A stretch of 63,415 nucleotides of DNA, the filler included, from Octopus bimaculoides (lineage: Eukaryota): the NCBI RefSeq assembly GCF_001194135.2. It is 5 parts of 4 records of this genome, joined end to end, with 100 filler letters (N's around TTAATTAATTAA, not from the genome) between each part and the next. Parts side by side here need not be neighbours in the genome. Positions count along the whole stretch, not along the records: positions 61,818 to 63,415 come from NC_068987.1; 4 more parts are not named here. One strand, 5' to 3'. Below, in pieces: positions 63,087 to 63,415 of the stretch. Position 1 is the stretch's first letter, and the number at the start of each line of letters is the position of its first letter. The notes under the pieces were generated by a model, which was not told where the DNA came from, searched no databases, and saw nothing but the letters and a program-made list of their open reading frames with translations. The position numbers and the translations under genes were made by a program.

Positions 63087-63415
63087 GTACACGACACTGC
63101 TTTTCCCCTTCCCAGGCTACAGGCCCACACCCCCAACACCCATACTGTTAGGATTGGCATTCTCAACGTCGGCACGCTGAAAGGTAGATCTGGTGAAATT
63201 GTTGAGATGCTTGAACGGAGACGCGTAGATATGTGCTACATCCAGGAAGTAAGATGGAGAGGAGGTTCTGCGAGGTTCCTCACAGGCAAAGAACACAGGT
63301 ACAAGATTTTCTGGGCAGGGAACACTGACGGGGTCGGGGGCGTAGGAATACTTCTAGCGGAGAAATGGGTGGATAAGGTAATCGAGGTCGTTAGTGACAG
63401 AGTACTTAAGATCAG
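63087..63415 (+). mobile_element. RTE-clade LINE apurinic-type endonuclease ORF, open to the window end
   Basis: TVRIGILNVGTLKGRSGEIVEMLERRRVDMCYIQEVRWRGGSARFL...YKIFWAGN.DGVGGVGILLAEKW...SDRVLKI, with no stop in 109 codons. Confidence 0.93.

Overview
Gene-poor, repeat-saturated animal genomic DNA from a gapped draft assembly, with roughly 7-8 kb of N. It is most likely Octopus (coleoid cephalopod), judged from the SINE families, R4/Dong, RTE, HERO, Tx1 and Penelope relics, and very dense (CA)n/(TA)n/(AAT)n microsatellites. No intact host protein-coding gene is recognisable, and nearly all listed ORFs are microsatellite or N-gap artefacts or antisense to transposon relics. The window is a mosaic of tRNA-headed SINEs, RLE-type LINE fragments sitting in (AAT)n arrays, mariner/Tc1/hAT/pogo/piggyBac relics and MITEs, and a Helentron-type element. 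Most notable: (1) up to five type-I hammerhead-ribozyme motifs from different Penelope-linked repeats, one of them at the 3' end of a tRNA-headed SINE with an internal (AAT)n tract (32518-32773); (2) a head-to-tail SINE trimer bounded by one perfect 20-bp target-site duplication (29887-30929); (3) a 104-bp-arm near-perfect hairpin (24272-24500); (4) an 8x15-bp array amplified from a SINE core that forms a cluster of CCAAGGTCA nuclear-receptor sites (10957-11076); (5) an open RTE endonuclease frame behind a strong splice acceptor at the window end. Four 44N-TTAATTAATTAA-44N blocks are scaffolding linkers, so contiguity across them is uncertain. All family names come from manual translation and motif recall, not from database searches.
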